Source: Eledone cirrhosa | Lineage: Eukaryota | DNA: 64,000 bases | Reading direction: 5' to 3' | Assembly: GCA_964016885.1 (NCBI GenBank) | Contig: OZ024765.1 | Span: 19,840,001 to 19,904,000, forward strand | Part shown: positions 27,112 through 40,944 of the stretch, piece after piece | How the letters are laid out: the number at the start of each line of letters is the position of its first letter | Position numbering within the stretch: the first letter of the stretch is position 1 | Notes under the pieces: generated by a model | What the model was told of the DNA's origin: nothing | The model's input: the letters and a program-made list of their open reading frames with translations, nothing else | The model's database searches: none | Made by a program: the position numbers and the translations under genes

Positions 27112-30100
27112 GCAGAGGAACAAGTTGGACTTATAAACCCCTAGAGATGGTGGGGAGGGGACAGCAGTCGAACAAGTTAGACATATAAACCCCTAGAGAT
27201 GGTGGGGAGGGGACAGCAGTGGAACAAGTTGGACATATAAACCCCTAGAGATGGTGGGGTGGGGACAGCAGTGGAACAAGTTGGACTTATAAACCCCTAG
27301 AGATGGTGGGGTGGGGACAGCAGTGGAACAAGTTGGACTTATAAACCCCTAGAGATGGTGGGGAGGGGACAGCAGTGGAACAAATTGGACTTATAAACCC
27401 CTAGAGATGGTGGGGAGGGGACAGCAGTGGAACAAGTTGGACTTATAAACCCCTAGAGATGGTGGGGAGGGGACAGCAGTGGAACAAGTTAGACATATAA
27501 ACCCCTAGAGATGGTGGGAGGGGACAGCATTGGAACAAGTTGGACTTATAAACCCCTAGAGATGATGGGAGGGGACAGCAGTGGAACAAGTTAGACATAT
27601 AAACCCCTAGAGATGGTGGGAGGGGACAGCAGTGGAACAAGTTGGACTTATAAACCCCTAGAGATGATGGGAGGGGACAGCAGTGGAACAAGTTAGACAT
27701 ATAAACCCCTAGAGATGGTGGGAGGGGACAGCAGTGGAACAAGTTGGACTTATAAACCCCTAGAGATGATGGGATGGGGACAGCAGTGGAACAAGTTGGA
27801 CTTATAAACCCCTAGAGATGGTGGGGAGGGGACAGCAGTGGAACAAGTTGGACTTATAAACCCCTAGAGATGGTGGGGAGGGAACAGCAGTGGAACAAGT
27901 TGGACTTATAAACCCCTAGAGATGGTGGGGAGGGGACAGCAGTGGAACAAGTTGGACTTATAAACCCCTAGAGATGGTGGGGTGGGGACAGCAGTGGAAC
28001 AAGTTGGACATATAAACCCCTAGAGATGATGGGATGGGGACAGCAGTGGAACAAGTTGGACTTATAAACCCCTAGAGATGGTGGGGTGGGGACAGCAGTG
28101 GAACAAGTTGGACATATAAACCCCTAGAGATGGTGGGATGGGGACAGCAGTGGAACAAGTTGGACTTATAAACCCCTAGAGATGGTGGGGAGGGGACAGC
28201 AGTGGAACAAGTTGGACTTATAAACCCCTAGAGATGGTGGGGAGGGGACAGCAGTGGAACAAGTTGGACTTATAAACCCCTAGAGATGGTGGGGAGGGGA
28301 CAGCAGTGGAACAAGTTGGACTTATAAACCCCTAGAGATGGTGGGGAGGGGACAGCAGTGGAACAAGTTGGACTTATAAACCCCTAGAGATGGTGGGGAG
28401 GGGACAGCAGTGGAACAAGTTGGACTTATAAACCCCTAGAGATGATGGGAGGGGACAGCAGTGGAACAAGTTGGACTTATAAACCCCTAGAGATGGTGGG
28501 GAGGGGACAGCAGTGGAACAAGTTGGACTTATAAACCCCTAGAGATGGTGGGGAGGGGACAGCAGTGGAACAAGTTGGACTTATAAACCCCTAGAGATGG
28601 TGGGGAGGGGACAGCAGTGGAACAAGTTGGACTTATAAACCCCTAGAGATGGTGGGGTGGGGACAGCAGTGGAACAAGTTGGACTTATAAACCCCTAGAG
28701 ATGATGGGAGGGGACAGCAGTGGAACAAGTTGGACTTATAAACCCCTAGAGATGGTGGGGAGGGGACAGCAGTGGAACAAGTTGGACTTATAAACCCCTA
28801 GAGATGGTGGGGAGGGGACAGCAGTGGAACAAGTTGGACTTATAAACCCCTAGAGATGGTGGGGAGGGGACAGCTGTGGAACAAGTTGGACTTATAAACC
28901 CCTAGAGATGGTGGGGAGGGGACAGCAGTGGAACAAGTTGGACTTATAAACCCCTAGAGATGGTGGGGAGGGGACAGCAGTGGAACAAGTTGGACTTATA
29001 AACCCCTAGAGATGATGGGAGGGGACAGCAGTGGAACAAGTTGCACTTATAAACCCCTAGAGATGATGGGAGGGGACAGCAGTGGAACAAGTTGGACATA
29101 TAAACCCCTAGAGATGGTGGGGTGGGGACAGCAGTGGAACAAGTTGGACTTATAAACCCCTAGAGATGGTGGGATGGGGACAGCAGTGGAACAAGTTGGA
29201 CTTATAAACCCCTAGAGATGGTGGGATGGGGACAGCAGTGGAACAAGTTGGACATATAAACCCCTAGAGATGATGGGATGGGGACAGCAGTGGAACAAGT
29301 TGGACTTATAAACCCCTAGAGATGATGGGAGGGGACAGCAGTGGAACAAGTTGGACTTATAAACCCCTAGAGATGATGGGAGGGGACAGCAGTGGAACAA
29401 GTTGGACTTATAAACCCCTAGAGATGGTGGGGAGGGGACAGCAGTGGAACAAGTTGGACTTATAAACCCCTAGAGATGGTGGGGAGGGGACAGCAGTGGA
29501 ACAAGTTGGACATATAAACCCCTAGAGATGGTGGGATGGGGACAGCAGTGGAACAAGTTGGACTTATAAACCCCTAGAGATGGTGGGATGGGGACAGCAG
29601 TGGAACAAGTTGGACTTATAAACCCCTAGAGATGGTGGGATGGGGACAGCAGTGGAACAAGATGGACTTATAAACCCCTAGAGATGGTGGGGAGGGGACA
29701 GCAGTGGAACAAGTTGGACTTATAAACCCCTAGAGATGACGGGAGGGGACAGCAGTGGAACAAGTTGGACTTATAAACCCCTAGAGATGGTGGGGTGGGG
29801 ACAGCAGTGGAACAAGTTGGACTTATAAACCCCTAGAGATGGTAGGGTGGGGACAGCAGTGGAACAAGTTGGACTTATAAACCCCTAGAGATGATGGGAG
29901 GGGACAGCAGTGGAACAAGTTGGACTTATAAACCCCTAGAGATGATGGGGAGGGGACAGCAGTGGAACAAGTTGGACTTATAAACCACTAGAGATGATGG
30001 GATGGGGACAGCAGTGGAACAAGTTGGACTTATAAACCCCTAGAGATGATGGGATGGGGACAGCAGTGGAACAAATTGGACTTATAAACCCCTAGAGATG

Positions 30101-32018
30101 GTGGGATGGGGACAGCAGTGGAACAAGTTGGACTTATAAACCCCTAGAGATGGTGGGATGGGGACAGCAGTGGAACAAGTTGGACTTATAAACCCCTAGA
30201 GATGATGGGAGGGGACAGCAGTGGAACAAGTTGGACTTATAAACCCCTAGAGATGGTGGGGTGGGGACAGCAGTGGAACAAGTTGGACATATAAACCCCT
30301 AGAGATGGTGGGGAGGGGACAGCAGTGGAACAAGTTGGACATATAAACCCCTAGAGATGGTGGGTGGGGACAGCAGTGGAACAAGTTGGACTTATAAACC
30401 CCTAGAGATGGTGGGGAGGGGACAGCAGTGGAACAAGTTGGACTTATAAACCCCTAGAGATGGTGGGGAGGGGACAGCAGTGGAACAAGTTGGACTTATA
30501 AACCCCTAGAGATGATGGGGAGGGGACAGCAGTGGAACAAGTTGGACTTATAAACCCCTAGAGATGGTGGGGAGGGGACAGCAGTGGAACAAGTTGGACT
30601 TATAAACCCCTAGAGATGATGGGGAGGGGACAGCAGTGGAACAAGTTGGACTTATAAACCCCTAGAGATGGTGGGAGGGGACAGCAGTGGAACAAGTTGG
30701 ACTTATAAACCCCTAGAGATGATGGGGAGGGGACAGCAGTGGAACAAGTTGGACTTATAAACCCCTAGAGATGGTGGGGAGGGGACAGCAGTGGAACAAG
30801 TTGGACTTATAAACCCCTAGAGATGGTGGGGTGGGGACAGCAGTGGAACAAGTTGGACTTATAAACCCCTAGAGATGGTGGGGAGGGGACAGCAGTGGAA
30901 CAAGTTGGACTTATAAACCCCTAGAGATGGTGGGGAGGGGACAGCAGTGGAACAAGTTGGACTTATAAACCCCTAGAGATGGTGGGGAGGGGACAGCAGT
31001 GGAACAAGTTGGACTTATAAACCCCTAGAGATGGTGGGGAGGGGACAGCAGTGGAACAAGTTGGACTTATAAACCCCTAGAGATGGTGGGGTGGGGACAG
31101 CAGTGGAACAAGTTGGACTTATAAACCCCTAGAGATGATGGGATGGGGACAGCAGTGGAACAAGTTGGACTTATAAACCCCTAGAGATGGTGGGTAGGGG
31201 ACAGCAGTGGAACAAGTTGGACTTATAAACCCCTAGAGATGGTGGGGTGGGAACAGCAGTGGAACAAGTTGGACTTATAAACCCCTAGAGATGGTGGGGA
31301 GGGGACAGCAGTGGAACAAGTTGGACTTATAAACCCCTAGAGATGATGGGGAGGGGACAGCAGTGGAACAAGTTGGACTTATAAACCCCTAGAGATGGTG
31401 GGAGGGGACAGCAGTGGAACAAGTTGGACATATAAACCCCTAGAGATGGTAGGGTGGGGACAGCAGTGGAACAAGTTGGACTTATAAACCCCTAGAGATG
31501 GTGGGGAGGGGACAGCAGTGGAACAAGTTGGACATATAAACCCCTAGAGATGGTGGGGTGGGGACAGCAGTGGAACATATTGGACTTATAAACCCCTAGA
31601 GATGGTGGGATGGGGACAGCAGTGGAACAAGTTGGACTTATAAACCCCTAGAGATGATGGGATGGGGACAGCAGTGGAACAAGTTGGACTTATAAACCCC
31701 TAGAGATGGTGGGGAGGGGACAGCAGTGGAACAAGTTGGACATATAAACCCCTAGAGATGGTGGGGTGGGGACAGCAGTGGAACATATTGGACTTATAAA
31801 CCCCTAGAGATGGTGGGATGGGGACAGCAGTGGAACAAGTTGGACTTATAAACCCCTAGAGATGGTGGGGAGGGGACAGCAGTGGAACAAGTTGGACTTA
31901 TAAACCCCTAGAGATGGTGGGGTGGGGACAGCAGTGGAACAAGTTAGACATATAAACCCCTAGAGATGGTGGGGTGGGGACAGCAGTGGAACAAGTTAGA
32001 CATATAAACCCCTAGAGA
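27112..32018. repeat. 51-52-bp minisatellite (about 94 copies, 4.9 kb)
   Basis: Unit gtggaacaagttggacttataaacccctagagatggtggggaggggacagca. Confidence 0.97.
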
Positions 32019-32108
32019 ACAAAATTTAATAAGTGGGGGTGGAGGGAATGGTGGAAAAAATCTGAAAAATTAATTAGTGTGGGACGATGATTATTCGAGA
32101 CCCTAGAG

Positions 32109-32758
32109 CAGGGGTCCCCAATCTTTTGGGTCTGCAGGCCGGAGAGCGGTGGCTCCGCGGGCCGGTTGAGCAATTAATACTACTTATATACAAATAAGTA
32201 ATCATTTATTTATCCCTTATGTTAGATCATCATCATCATCATCATCATCATTTTACGTTCGCTTTTCCCTGCTTGCAAAGGTGGGACGGGAACTGATTCT
32301 GGCTTGATTTCTACAGCTGGATGCCCTTCCTAACACCAACCTCATTTACAGTGAGTGCTTGGCGCTTTTTTTGCCGTGGCACCTCCACGACCACTTTGCA
32401 GTGGAATGATAGGGACCCCAGTCCCTATCATCTCATTTCTACAGCTGAGTAAACTGGAGCAATGTGAAATAAAGTGTCTTGCTCAAGGAAACAACACATC
32501 ACCTGGTCTGAGAATTGAACTCACAGCCTTTCGATTGCAAAGCCAATGTTCTAACCACTAAGCCATGCGCCTCCACTGATTTTAAACAAAATTCAATATT
32601 GATACTTAGAGCTGTCCCAAGCAGAAAAATACTTTTAAACATTGTTTTATTCGGCAATATCGATAGATCGGGTGCAAATTTATTGCAAACTGTACCCTTT
32701 TTAGAACCCTCACGGACAGGATAAAGGCCTTCGCGGGCCGGGGATTGGGGACCCCCTG
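32109..32758. mobile_element. hAT (Charlie-like) MITE with nested SINE
   Basis: TIRs caggggtccccaatc / gattggggaccccctg; 8-bp TSD ccctagag at 32101-32108 and 32759-32766. Confidence 0.88.
32227..32575 (-). mobile_element. SINE family A nested in the hAT MITE
   Basis: Full-length match to other family A copies. Confidence 0.9.
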
Positions 32759-33679
32759 CCCTAGAGTATATATATTGAACATTCATAACCTGTTCCACAT
32801 TTCTTAAACATACAATTGTAATTACTACTGTATAACAGTGTAGTGGAGATGGACTAGCTGGTAATATGAGGTTGTTGTTGTTGTTTAGCCCTAGGTCAGC
32901 TCTTTAGAGCTGACCTTATGATCAAAGACATAATTATAGACTTGATCAGCAACTAGTTTTCTTACAAGTAGTAGTAGTAATAGTAGTGGTGGTAGCAGTA
33001 GTGGTGGAGGTGGTGGTAGAGGTAGTAGTACTAGTAGCAGTAGTGGTGGTGGTGGTGGTGGTGGTGGTGGTGGTGGTAGTAGTAGTGGTGGTTGTGGTGT
33101 GTGTGTTGATGGTATGGGTGTTCCTATGGTTGTCATGGAGTTTGTATGATGGTGGTGGTGGTGGTGTTATGGTAGTATTGCTGGTAATGGTGGTGGTGTT
33201 ATGGTAGTATTGGTGGTGGTGGTGGTGGTAGTATTGGTGGTGGTGGTGGTGGTAGTATTGGTGGTGGTGGTGGTGGAGGTATCTGTGGTAGTATTGGTGG
33301 TGGTGGTGGTATCTGTGGTAGTATTAGTGGTGGTGGTGGTGGTAACTGTGTTAGTGTGGTCGTGGTGGTGTTATGGTAGTATTGGTGGTAGTGGTGGTGG
33401 TGGTGGTGGTGAGTCATTTACTTCATCTCTCTCCCCCTCTCTCTCCATCCCTCTCTCTCCATCACTCACTCTCCCCTCTCTCTCCGTCCTCCCCCTCTCT
33501 CTCTCTCCATCTCTCTCTCTCACTTACTCTCTCTCTCACTTACTCTCACCCTCTCTCTCCCTATCCTTATCTGTTTGTCTGTGTGTCACAGCTGACATAT
33601 TTAAAACATTCCTATCTCTCACAGACCTCAATGGGAACTTGTGTTTTTATTTTTAATACTCTGTCTTTGTCAATGTGTG

Positions 33680-33711
<32 letters not shown>

Positions 33712-33817
33712 ACCAAAAGTTTAACAAGGTTCATTGATTAATCAATGAATAAAATTTTACAATAGATTAGAAGCACTCAACAAGGACGTTTTCAGGAGTT
33801 ATTAATATTACTTCAAA

Positions 33818-34158
33818 ATCATCATCATCATCATTTTACGTCCGCTTTTCCCTGCTTGCAAGGGTGGGAGGGGAACTGATTCTGGCTTGATTTCTACAGC
33901 TGGATGCCCTTCCTAACACCAACCTCATTTACAGTGAGTGCTTGGCGCTTTTTTTGCCGTGGCACCTCCACGACCACTTTGCAGTGGAATGATAGGGACC
34001 CCAGTCCCTATCATCTCATTTCTACAGCTGAGTAAACTGGAGCAATGTGAAATAAAGTGTCTTGCTCAAGGAAACAACACATCACCCGGTCCGAGAATTG
34101 AACTCACAACCTTTCGATTGCAAGGCCAATGCTCTAACCACTAAGCCATGTGCCTCCA
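33818..34158 (-). mobile_element. SINE family A
   Basis: Full-length match. Confidence 0.9.
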
Positions 34159-34192
34159 TATTAATAAATATAGACATTCATGTGATCAAATA

Positions 34193-34250
34193 TATTTTAT
34201 TATATATATTTCGGAGATACTGAGCTATTTCATCAGGGCGTCCTCATCAG
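34193..34250 (-). ncRNA. Hammerhead core, stem I partner lost
   Basis: Minus: CTGATGA ggacgccctgatgaaatagctcagtatctcc GAAA tatatata ataaaata. Confidence 0.5.
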
Positions 34251-34339
34251 GACGTATAAATGGAAAAAAATGAAACGAGATTTCATTTCTGACTCTTAGT
34301 ACGGCTGTTACTTAAATATAAGTATGTATATGTACATAC

Positions 34340-35086
34340 ATATATGTATACAGACGTACAGTAGTATGTATATTTGTATACATACATGCACACATATATA
34401 TATGTACGTATGGATTTACCGAGCTTTTATTATAATGCTCGGTGTGTTTGTAAACAAACATCCCGAGTTAAGCCGTACAGTGTTTAGCAACCATTGTTGC
34501 CCTTTTGTTCAACACTGACAAAGGAACGATGTACTAGTTTCAAGCTTATTAGCTATCGTCAGCACTGTATACCTTCCTGCCAGATGATTGAACGTCTGAA
34601 AGTATATACTTTTCTTATGCATATTAACGGCTGAGCAGCATAATTTGCATATCGGGTGGGTTAATCGGCCGGGTGCACCGAAAACGATAAATGGAAAAAA
34701 TGAAGTAAAATTTTATTTCTCACTCTTGAAATTTCGTTTCATTTTTTCCGTTTATCGTTTTCGGTGCGCCAGGCCAATTAACTCACTCGATATGCAAATT
34801 ACGCTGCTCAGCCGTTAATATGCATAAGGAAAGTATATACTTTCAGACGTTCAATAATCTAGCAGGAAGGTATACGATGCTGACGATAGCTAATAAGCTT
34901 GAAACTAGTACATCGTTCCTTTGTCAGTGTTAAACAAAAGGGTAACGATGGTTGCTAAACACTATACAGCTTAATTCGGGATGTTTGTTTACAAACAAAC
35001 CGAGCATTATAATAAATGCTCGGTAAATCCATACGTACATATATGTGTGCATGTATGTATATATATACATACTACTGTACGTCTGT

Positions 35087-35095
<9 letters not shown>
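34340..35095. repeat. Long inverted repeat / foldback element (about 370-bp arms, about 15-nt spacer)
   Basis: e.g. acactgacaaaggaacgatgtactagtttcaagcttattagctatcgtcagca at about 34513 and its reverse complement at about 34880-34930. Confidence 0.9.
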
Positions 35096-35132
<37 letters not shown>

Positions 35133-35167
35133 ATATTAAATAAATGGAAAATATATTTATAAAACCA

Positions 35168-35230
35168 TATTTATTATATATATTTCAAGGGCGACCAAAA
35201 CACATTGGTACGCTTTCCTCAGATAAAATA
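35168..35230 (-). ncRNA. Minimal hammerhead ribozyme motif (CUGAGGA variant)
   Basis: Minus: tattttat CTGAGGA aagcgtaccaatgtgttttggtcgccctt GAAA tatatata ataaata. Confidence 0.6.
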
Positions 35231-35479
35231 CAAAGTTTGTTTTATAAATAGAGACATACCCATGAAAATCATACTTTATCGGTTGGATATTCTCTGGATA
35301 TTAGTATTTAATATCATTGAATATTCACTCCAGGTAACTGTTGAGTGCTCTAAATCAGTTATAAACATTTATATTTGTCGGACTTCCAACAAATTAAGTA
35401 CCCCTTCTACTTATATATATATATATAATATTATTCAAAATATTAATAAATGGAGACATTCACATAATCAAAATATATG

Positions 35480-35542
35480 TTTTATTATATATATTTCGGA
35501 GGTACTGTGCTGTTTTTTCAGTACGTCCTCATCAGATAAAAT
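35480..35542 (-). ncRNA. Minimal hammerhead ribozyme motif
   Basis: Minus: ttttat CTGATGA ggacgtactgaaaaaacagcacagtacctcc GAAA tatatata ataaaa; stem II ggacgtactg/cagtacctcc. Confidence 0.75.
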
Positions 35543-36127
35543 ACATAAATTGATGTATGACATACCTCAACTGTGCTGATGGTTCGATTCCTGTCTTGGC
35601 AGTGATTTATTACAACAAAACTCAATATTTATATACCACAAGTAAGAGTGTGACAAACTAAATATGATGGAGAGGGATATGTAGCGAGATATAAGTATTA
35701 GGAAGAGGTGAGTAGGAAAAAGTATAGAATAAATAAATAAAATAAATAAATAAACACATAAGTATATAAATGAAATCACAGACTAGATCCCTTCTTCCTC
35801 CCGTTAGACCTGTACGGAATTCCTTCCTTGCTTACATTCCAACCATGGTCTTTATTCTCTCTCGTTCACGATTTCACCGAATTTAAATTCATAGAAATTT
35901 GGGACTTGACTCCTTCTTCCTCACTTTTCGTTGCTTCACCATTTTTGTTTGTTTACACTCGTGTCCCCTTTATTTACGTGTCCCAACGACTTTTTTTAGC
36001 CGTTGCTCGCACCAACCGGAGGTATATGGTCTTTAAAGCGATGAAATACCAATGATGGTTGGAAGATCACTGATGAAGGACTAACTTTATTCATATGTAA
36101 CCCATTAGCAATCCCGCAGCACGTTTT

Positions 36128-36748
<621 letters not shown>

Positions 36749-36852
36749 TATATATATATATATATATATATATGTCTAATGGTAGCTAAGAAGCTTCCTC
36801 AGACGGTATGCCGGTTGAGCACTCTATGCTCCTACGGAGCAGGGTATTATAG

Positions 36853-37147
36853 AATGGAAAACGAAAAATCAGTGATGCATCGGAAGTCAATTTATTGTGT
36901 GTTACACTTGTTTTCCCAGCGAACAGCTCGAGGTGCAATCCATGTGTGGATCTACCTGACTCTAGTCTCACAGGTTCCTCGGACACGTCTATTGATTTCG
37001 GAAATCAATAGACATGTCCGAGGAACCTGCGAGACTAGAGTCAGGTAGATCCACACACAGATCGCACCTCGAGCTGTTCGCTGGGGAAACAAGTGTAACA
37101 CACAATAAATTGAGTTCAGATGCATCACTGATTTTTCGTTTTCCATT
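36853..37147. repeat. Essentially spacerless palindrome (147-bp arms, centre 37000)
   Basis: ...gtctattgatttc g gaaatcaatagac...; arms end aatggaaaacg / cgttttccatt. Confidence 0.95.
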
Positions 37148-37260
37148 TTATATATATATATATATATATATATGTAGAAGTTCCATTTAAATTGTTGGGA
37201 TACAACAAGCAAATATTTTTATAACTGATATAAAGCACTCAACAAATTATTGGAGTAAAA

Positions 37261-37603
37261 ATACGATATATTAACAAATGGAAACTCTATTTATAAAACC
37301 ATATTTATTTCATTATACATATTTCAAGGACACCAAGTTAAATTATCGTGTGCTTTCATCAGATAAAATATAATATAGATCAGTTTTATAAATAAATATA
37401 GACATACCCTTAAAGAATGCGGGAGCTTCCAACAGAAATGGTCGCATTCTTTAAGGGTATGTCAATATATATTTATAAAACTGATCTATATTATATTTTA
37501 TCTGATGAAAGCACACAATAATTTAACTTGGTGTCCTTGAAATATGTATAATGAAATAAATATGGTTTTATAAATATAGTTTCCATTTGTTAATATATCG
37601 TAT
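37261..37603. repeat. Inverted repeat (about 160-bp arms, about 21-nt spacer) with a hammerhead motif in each arm
   Basis: Motifs at 37307-37369 (minus) and 37495-37557 (plus): attttat CTGATGA aagcacac...gtgtcctt GAAA tatgtata atgaaat. Confidence 0.9.
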
Positions 37604-38064
37604 ATCATCATCATCATCATCGTTTAACGTCCATGTTCCACGCTTGCATGGGTTTGGATGGGAGTTTTCCCACTTGAGGCAAGAGTGGTTGTCTTGCTCG
37701 CATAGGACTGTCTGGCGGGTTTTCTACAGCTGGATGCCCTTCCTAACACCAACCACATTTACAGTGTGGGACTGGGAGGTTTTTACCGTGTTGCCTACAC
37801 GGCCACATATATATATATATATGTAAAAGGTAAACAGATATAACAACACAATCGGTACAGTATATGGAAGGGATATATTAGGTTAACACTTGATATAGCA
37901 GGAAGAGGGTCTTAACGTTTTGGACGCTAGTCCTTCATAAGAAGAAAGAATGAGAAATTAGAAAGATTGAAGGGACGGGTGGGTTGGAATTGGAGAAAAT
38001 GTTTTTAGATAAAAATAACAGTTGCTTTCTATAATTTTTGCTGTTTTTTTTTGTTTGTTTGCAG

Positions 38065-38114
38065 ATTGTCCCATGTTTAACAAAAGTTGCGATAAATGTG
38101 TTTTATCTGTCAAA
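38065..38114 (+). CDS. PTTG1IP: PTTG1IP-like coding exon 2 (start of PSI domain)
   Basis: Strong acceptor ttttttttgtttgtttgcag, donor gtaagt; (Y)CPMFNKSCDKCVLSVK; phase 1 to 0. Confidence 0.88.
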
Positions 38115-38118
38115 GTAA

Positions 38119-40276
38119 GTTAACCCTTTAGCATTCACATTTACTCTAGATATACTATTGTATTAACCCTTTAGCATTCACATTTACTCTAGATATACTA
38201 TTGTATTAACCCTTTAGTATTCACATTTACTCTAGATATACTATTGTATTAACCCTTTAGTATTCACATTTACTCTAGATATACTATTGTATTAACCCTT
38301 TAGTATTCACATTTTCTCTAGATATACTATTGTATTAACCCTTTAGTATTCACATTTGCTCTATATATACTATGGTATTAACCCTTTAACATGCATATTT
38401 GCTCTATATATACTATGGTATTAACCCTTTAACATTCATATTTACTCTAGATATACTATTGTATTAACCCTTTAGTATTCAAATTTGCTCTAGATATACT
38501 ATTGTATTAACCCTTTAGTATTCACATTTGCTCTAGATATACTATTGTATTAACCCTTTAGTATTCACATTTGCTCTAGATATACTATTGTATTAACCCT
38601 TTAGTATTCACATTTACTCTAGATATACTATTGTATTAACCCTTTAGTATTCACATTTTCTCTATATATACTATGGTATTAACCCTTTAATATTCACATT
38701 TTCTCTAGATATACTATTGTATTAACCCTTTAGTATTCACATTTACTCTAGATATACTATTGTATTAACCCTTTAGTATTCACATTTGCTCTAGATATAC
38801 TATTGTATTAACCCTTTAGTATTCACATTTGCTCTAGATATACTATTGTATTAACCCTTTAGTATTCACATTTGCTCTAGATATACTATTGTATTAACCC
38901 TTTAGTATTCACATTTGCTCTAGATATACTATTGTATTAACCCTTTAGTATTCACATTTGCTCTAGATATACTATTGTATTAACCCTTTAGTATTCACAT
39001 TTGCTCTAGATATACTATTGTATTAACCCTTTAGTATTCACATTTACTCTATATATATACTATTGTATTAACCCTTTAGTATTCACATTTACTCTATATA
39101 TATACTATTGTATTAACCCTTTAGTATTCACATTTACTCTAGATATACTATTGTATTAACCCTTTAGTATTCACATTTACTCTAGATATACTATTGTATT
39201 AACTCTTTAGAATTCACATTTGCTCTAGATATACCATTGTATTAACCCTTTAGTATTCACATTTGCTCTAGATATACTATTGTATTAACCGTTTAGTATT
39301 CACATTTACTCTATATATACTATTGTATTAACCCTTTAGTATTCACATTTTCTCTATATATACTATGGTATTAACCCTTTAATATTCACATTTTCTCTAG
39401 ATATACTATTGTATTAACCCTTTAATATTCACATTTACTCTAGATATACTATTGTATTAACCCTTTAGTATTCCCATTTACTCTAGATATACTATTGTAT
39501 TAACCCTTTAGTATTCACATTTTCTCTATATATACTATGGTATTAACCCTTTAATATTCACATTTTCTCTAGATATACTATTGTATTAACCCTTTAGCAT
39601 TCACATTTGCTCTAGATATACTATTGTATTAACTCTTTAGCATTCACATTTACTCTATATATACTATGGTATTAACCCTTTAGTATTCACATTTACTCTA
39701 GATATACTATTGTATTAACCCTTTAGTATTCCCATTTACTCTAGATATACTATTGTATTAACCCTTTAGCATTCACATTTACTTAATATATACTATTGTA
39801 TTAACCCTTTAATATTCACACTTACTCAATATATACTATTGTATTAACCCTTTAGTATTCACATTTACTCAATATATACTATTGTATTAACCCTTTAGTA
39901 TTCACATTTACTCTAGATATACTATTGTATTAACCCTTTAACATTCACATTTACTCTAGATATACTATTGTATTAACCCTGTAGTATTTACATTTACTCT
40001 ATATATACTATTGTATTAACCCTTTAGTATTCACATTTACTCTATATATACTATTGTATTAACCCTTTAGTATTCATATTTACTCTATATATACTATTGT
40101 ATTAACCCTTTAGTATTTACATTTACTCTAGATATACTATTGTATTAACTCTTTAATATTCACATTTACTCTATATATACTATTGTATTAACCCTTTAGT
40201 ATTCACATTTACTCTATATATACTATTGTATTAACCCTTTAGTATTCACATTTGCTCTAGATATACTATTGTATTT
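38119..40276. repeat. 43-bp minisatellite (about 50 copies) amplified from a piggyBac-like MITE terminus
   Basis: Unit ttaaccctttagtattcacatttactctagatatactattgta; last unit continues into MITE body 40276-40430. Confidence 0.95.
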
Positions 40277-40835
40277 ATAAAGGCTTTATCTTTCATAATA
40301 TCTCGCATAATATCGAATCTATGAGATTTTGATATTATTTATTTTGAGAACAATACCTTAACATAAGTATGAGTGGCTTGTTACAGCTGGTTTGAACAGA
40401 AAATGGTGGAAGAATTCTGACCAGATATGGTTAACTCAATAATTACCATATTTCTAATGAAAGACACTGGCCCCTAAGGTTTTTAAATCTTGAAAATAAT
40501 CAAGAATTTGAAAAGGTTTTAGTAATATAACTAAGTTTCTCTTTATAAAGTTGCTGTTTGGAACATTACTTAACATAGGTTCTAACATAAAATTATGATG
40601 AAAGGTTTTTAGATAAATAGAATACTTTTAACCTTTTAATTACCGTATTTCTAATAATAAACATTTCCTGAGGTTTTTAAGTAATTTTGAAAATATTTGA
40701 GAATTAAAAATTGTTTTAGTAATGTAGCTATCTTTGTCTCATTATTGACTTGGTGGTTGGAACATAACTTAACAAAGGTTCTGACACAAAATACCCTGAC
40801 CTTTTAACAGTGCTTTCTGTATTTCTTCTTCCCAG

Positions 40836-40944
40836 TGTATTTACTGTTTTGTGGATAACAGCTGTAAACCATATCCAGTTGGACACATTCTTCCAAAGTC
40901 TGACCAATGCCCGTTCTCCAAGACCCGATGGAGCAACTGCCTGA
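40836..40944 (+). CDS. PTTG1IP: PTTG1IP-like coding exon 3 (PSI domain)
   Basis: Acceptor atttcttcttcccag, donor gtaagt; CIYCFVDNSCKPYPVGHILPKSDQCPFSKTRWSNCL resembles family motif C.WC....C..YPV..ILP....C.LS.ARWGVC; phase 0 to 1. Confidence 0.92.

Noticed and set aside
22655-32018. CRISPR-like regular repeats
   Set aside because: Units are head to tail with no unique spacers; no cas genes; eukaryotic context
36069-36090. ctgatgaaggac partial hammerhead core
   Set aside because: No downstream stem II closure or GAAA
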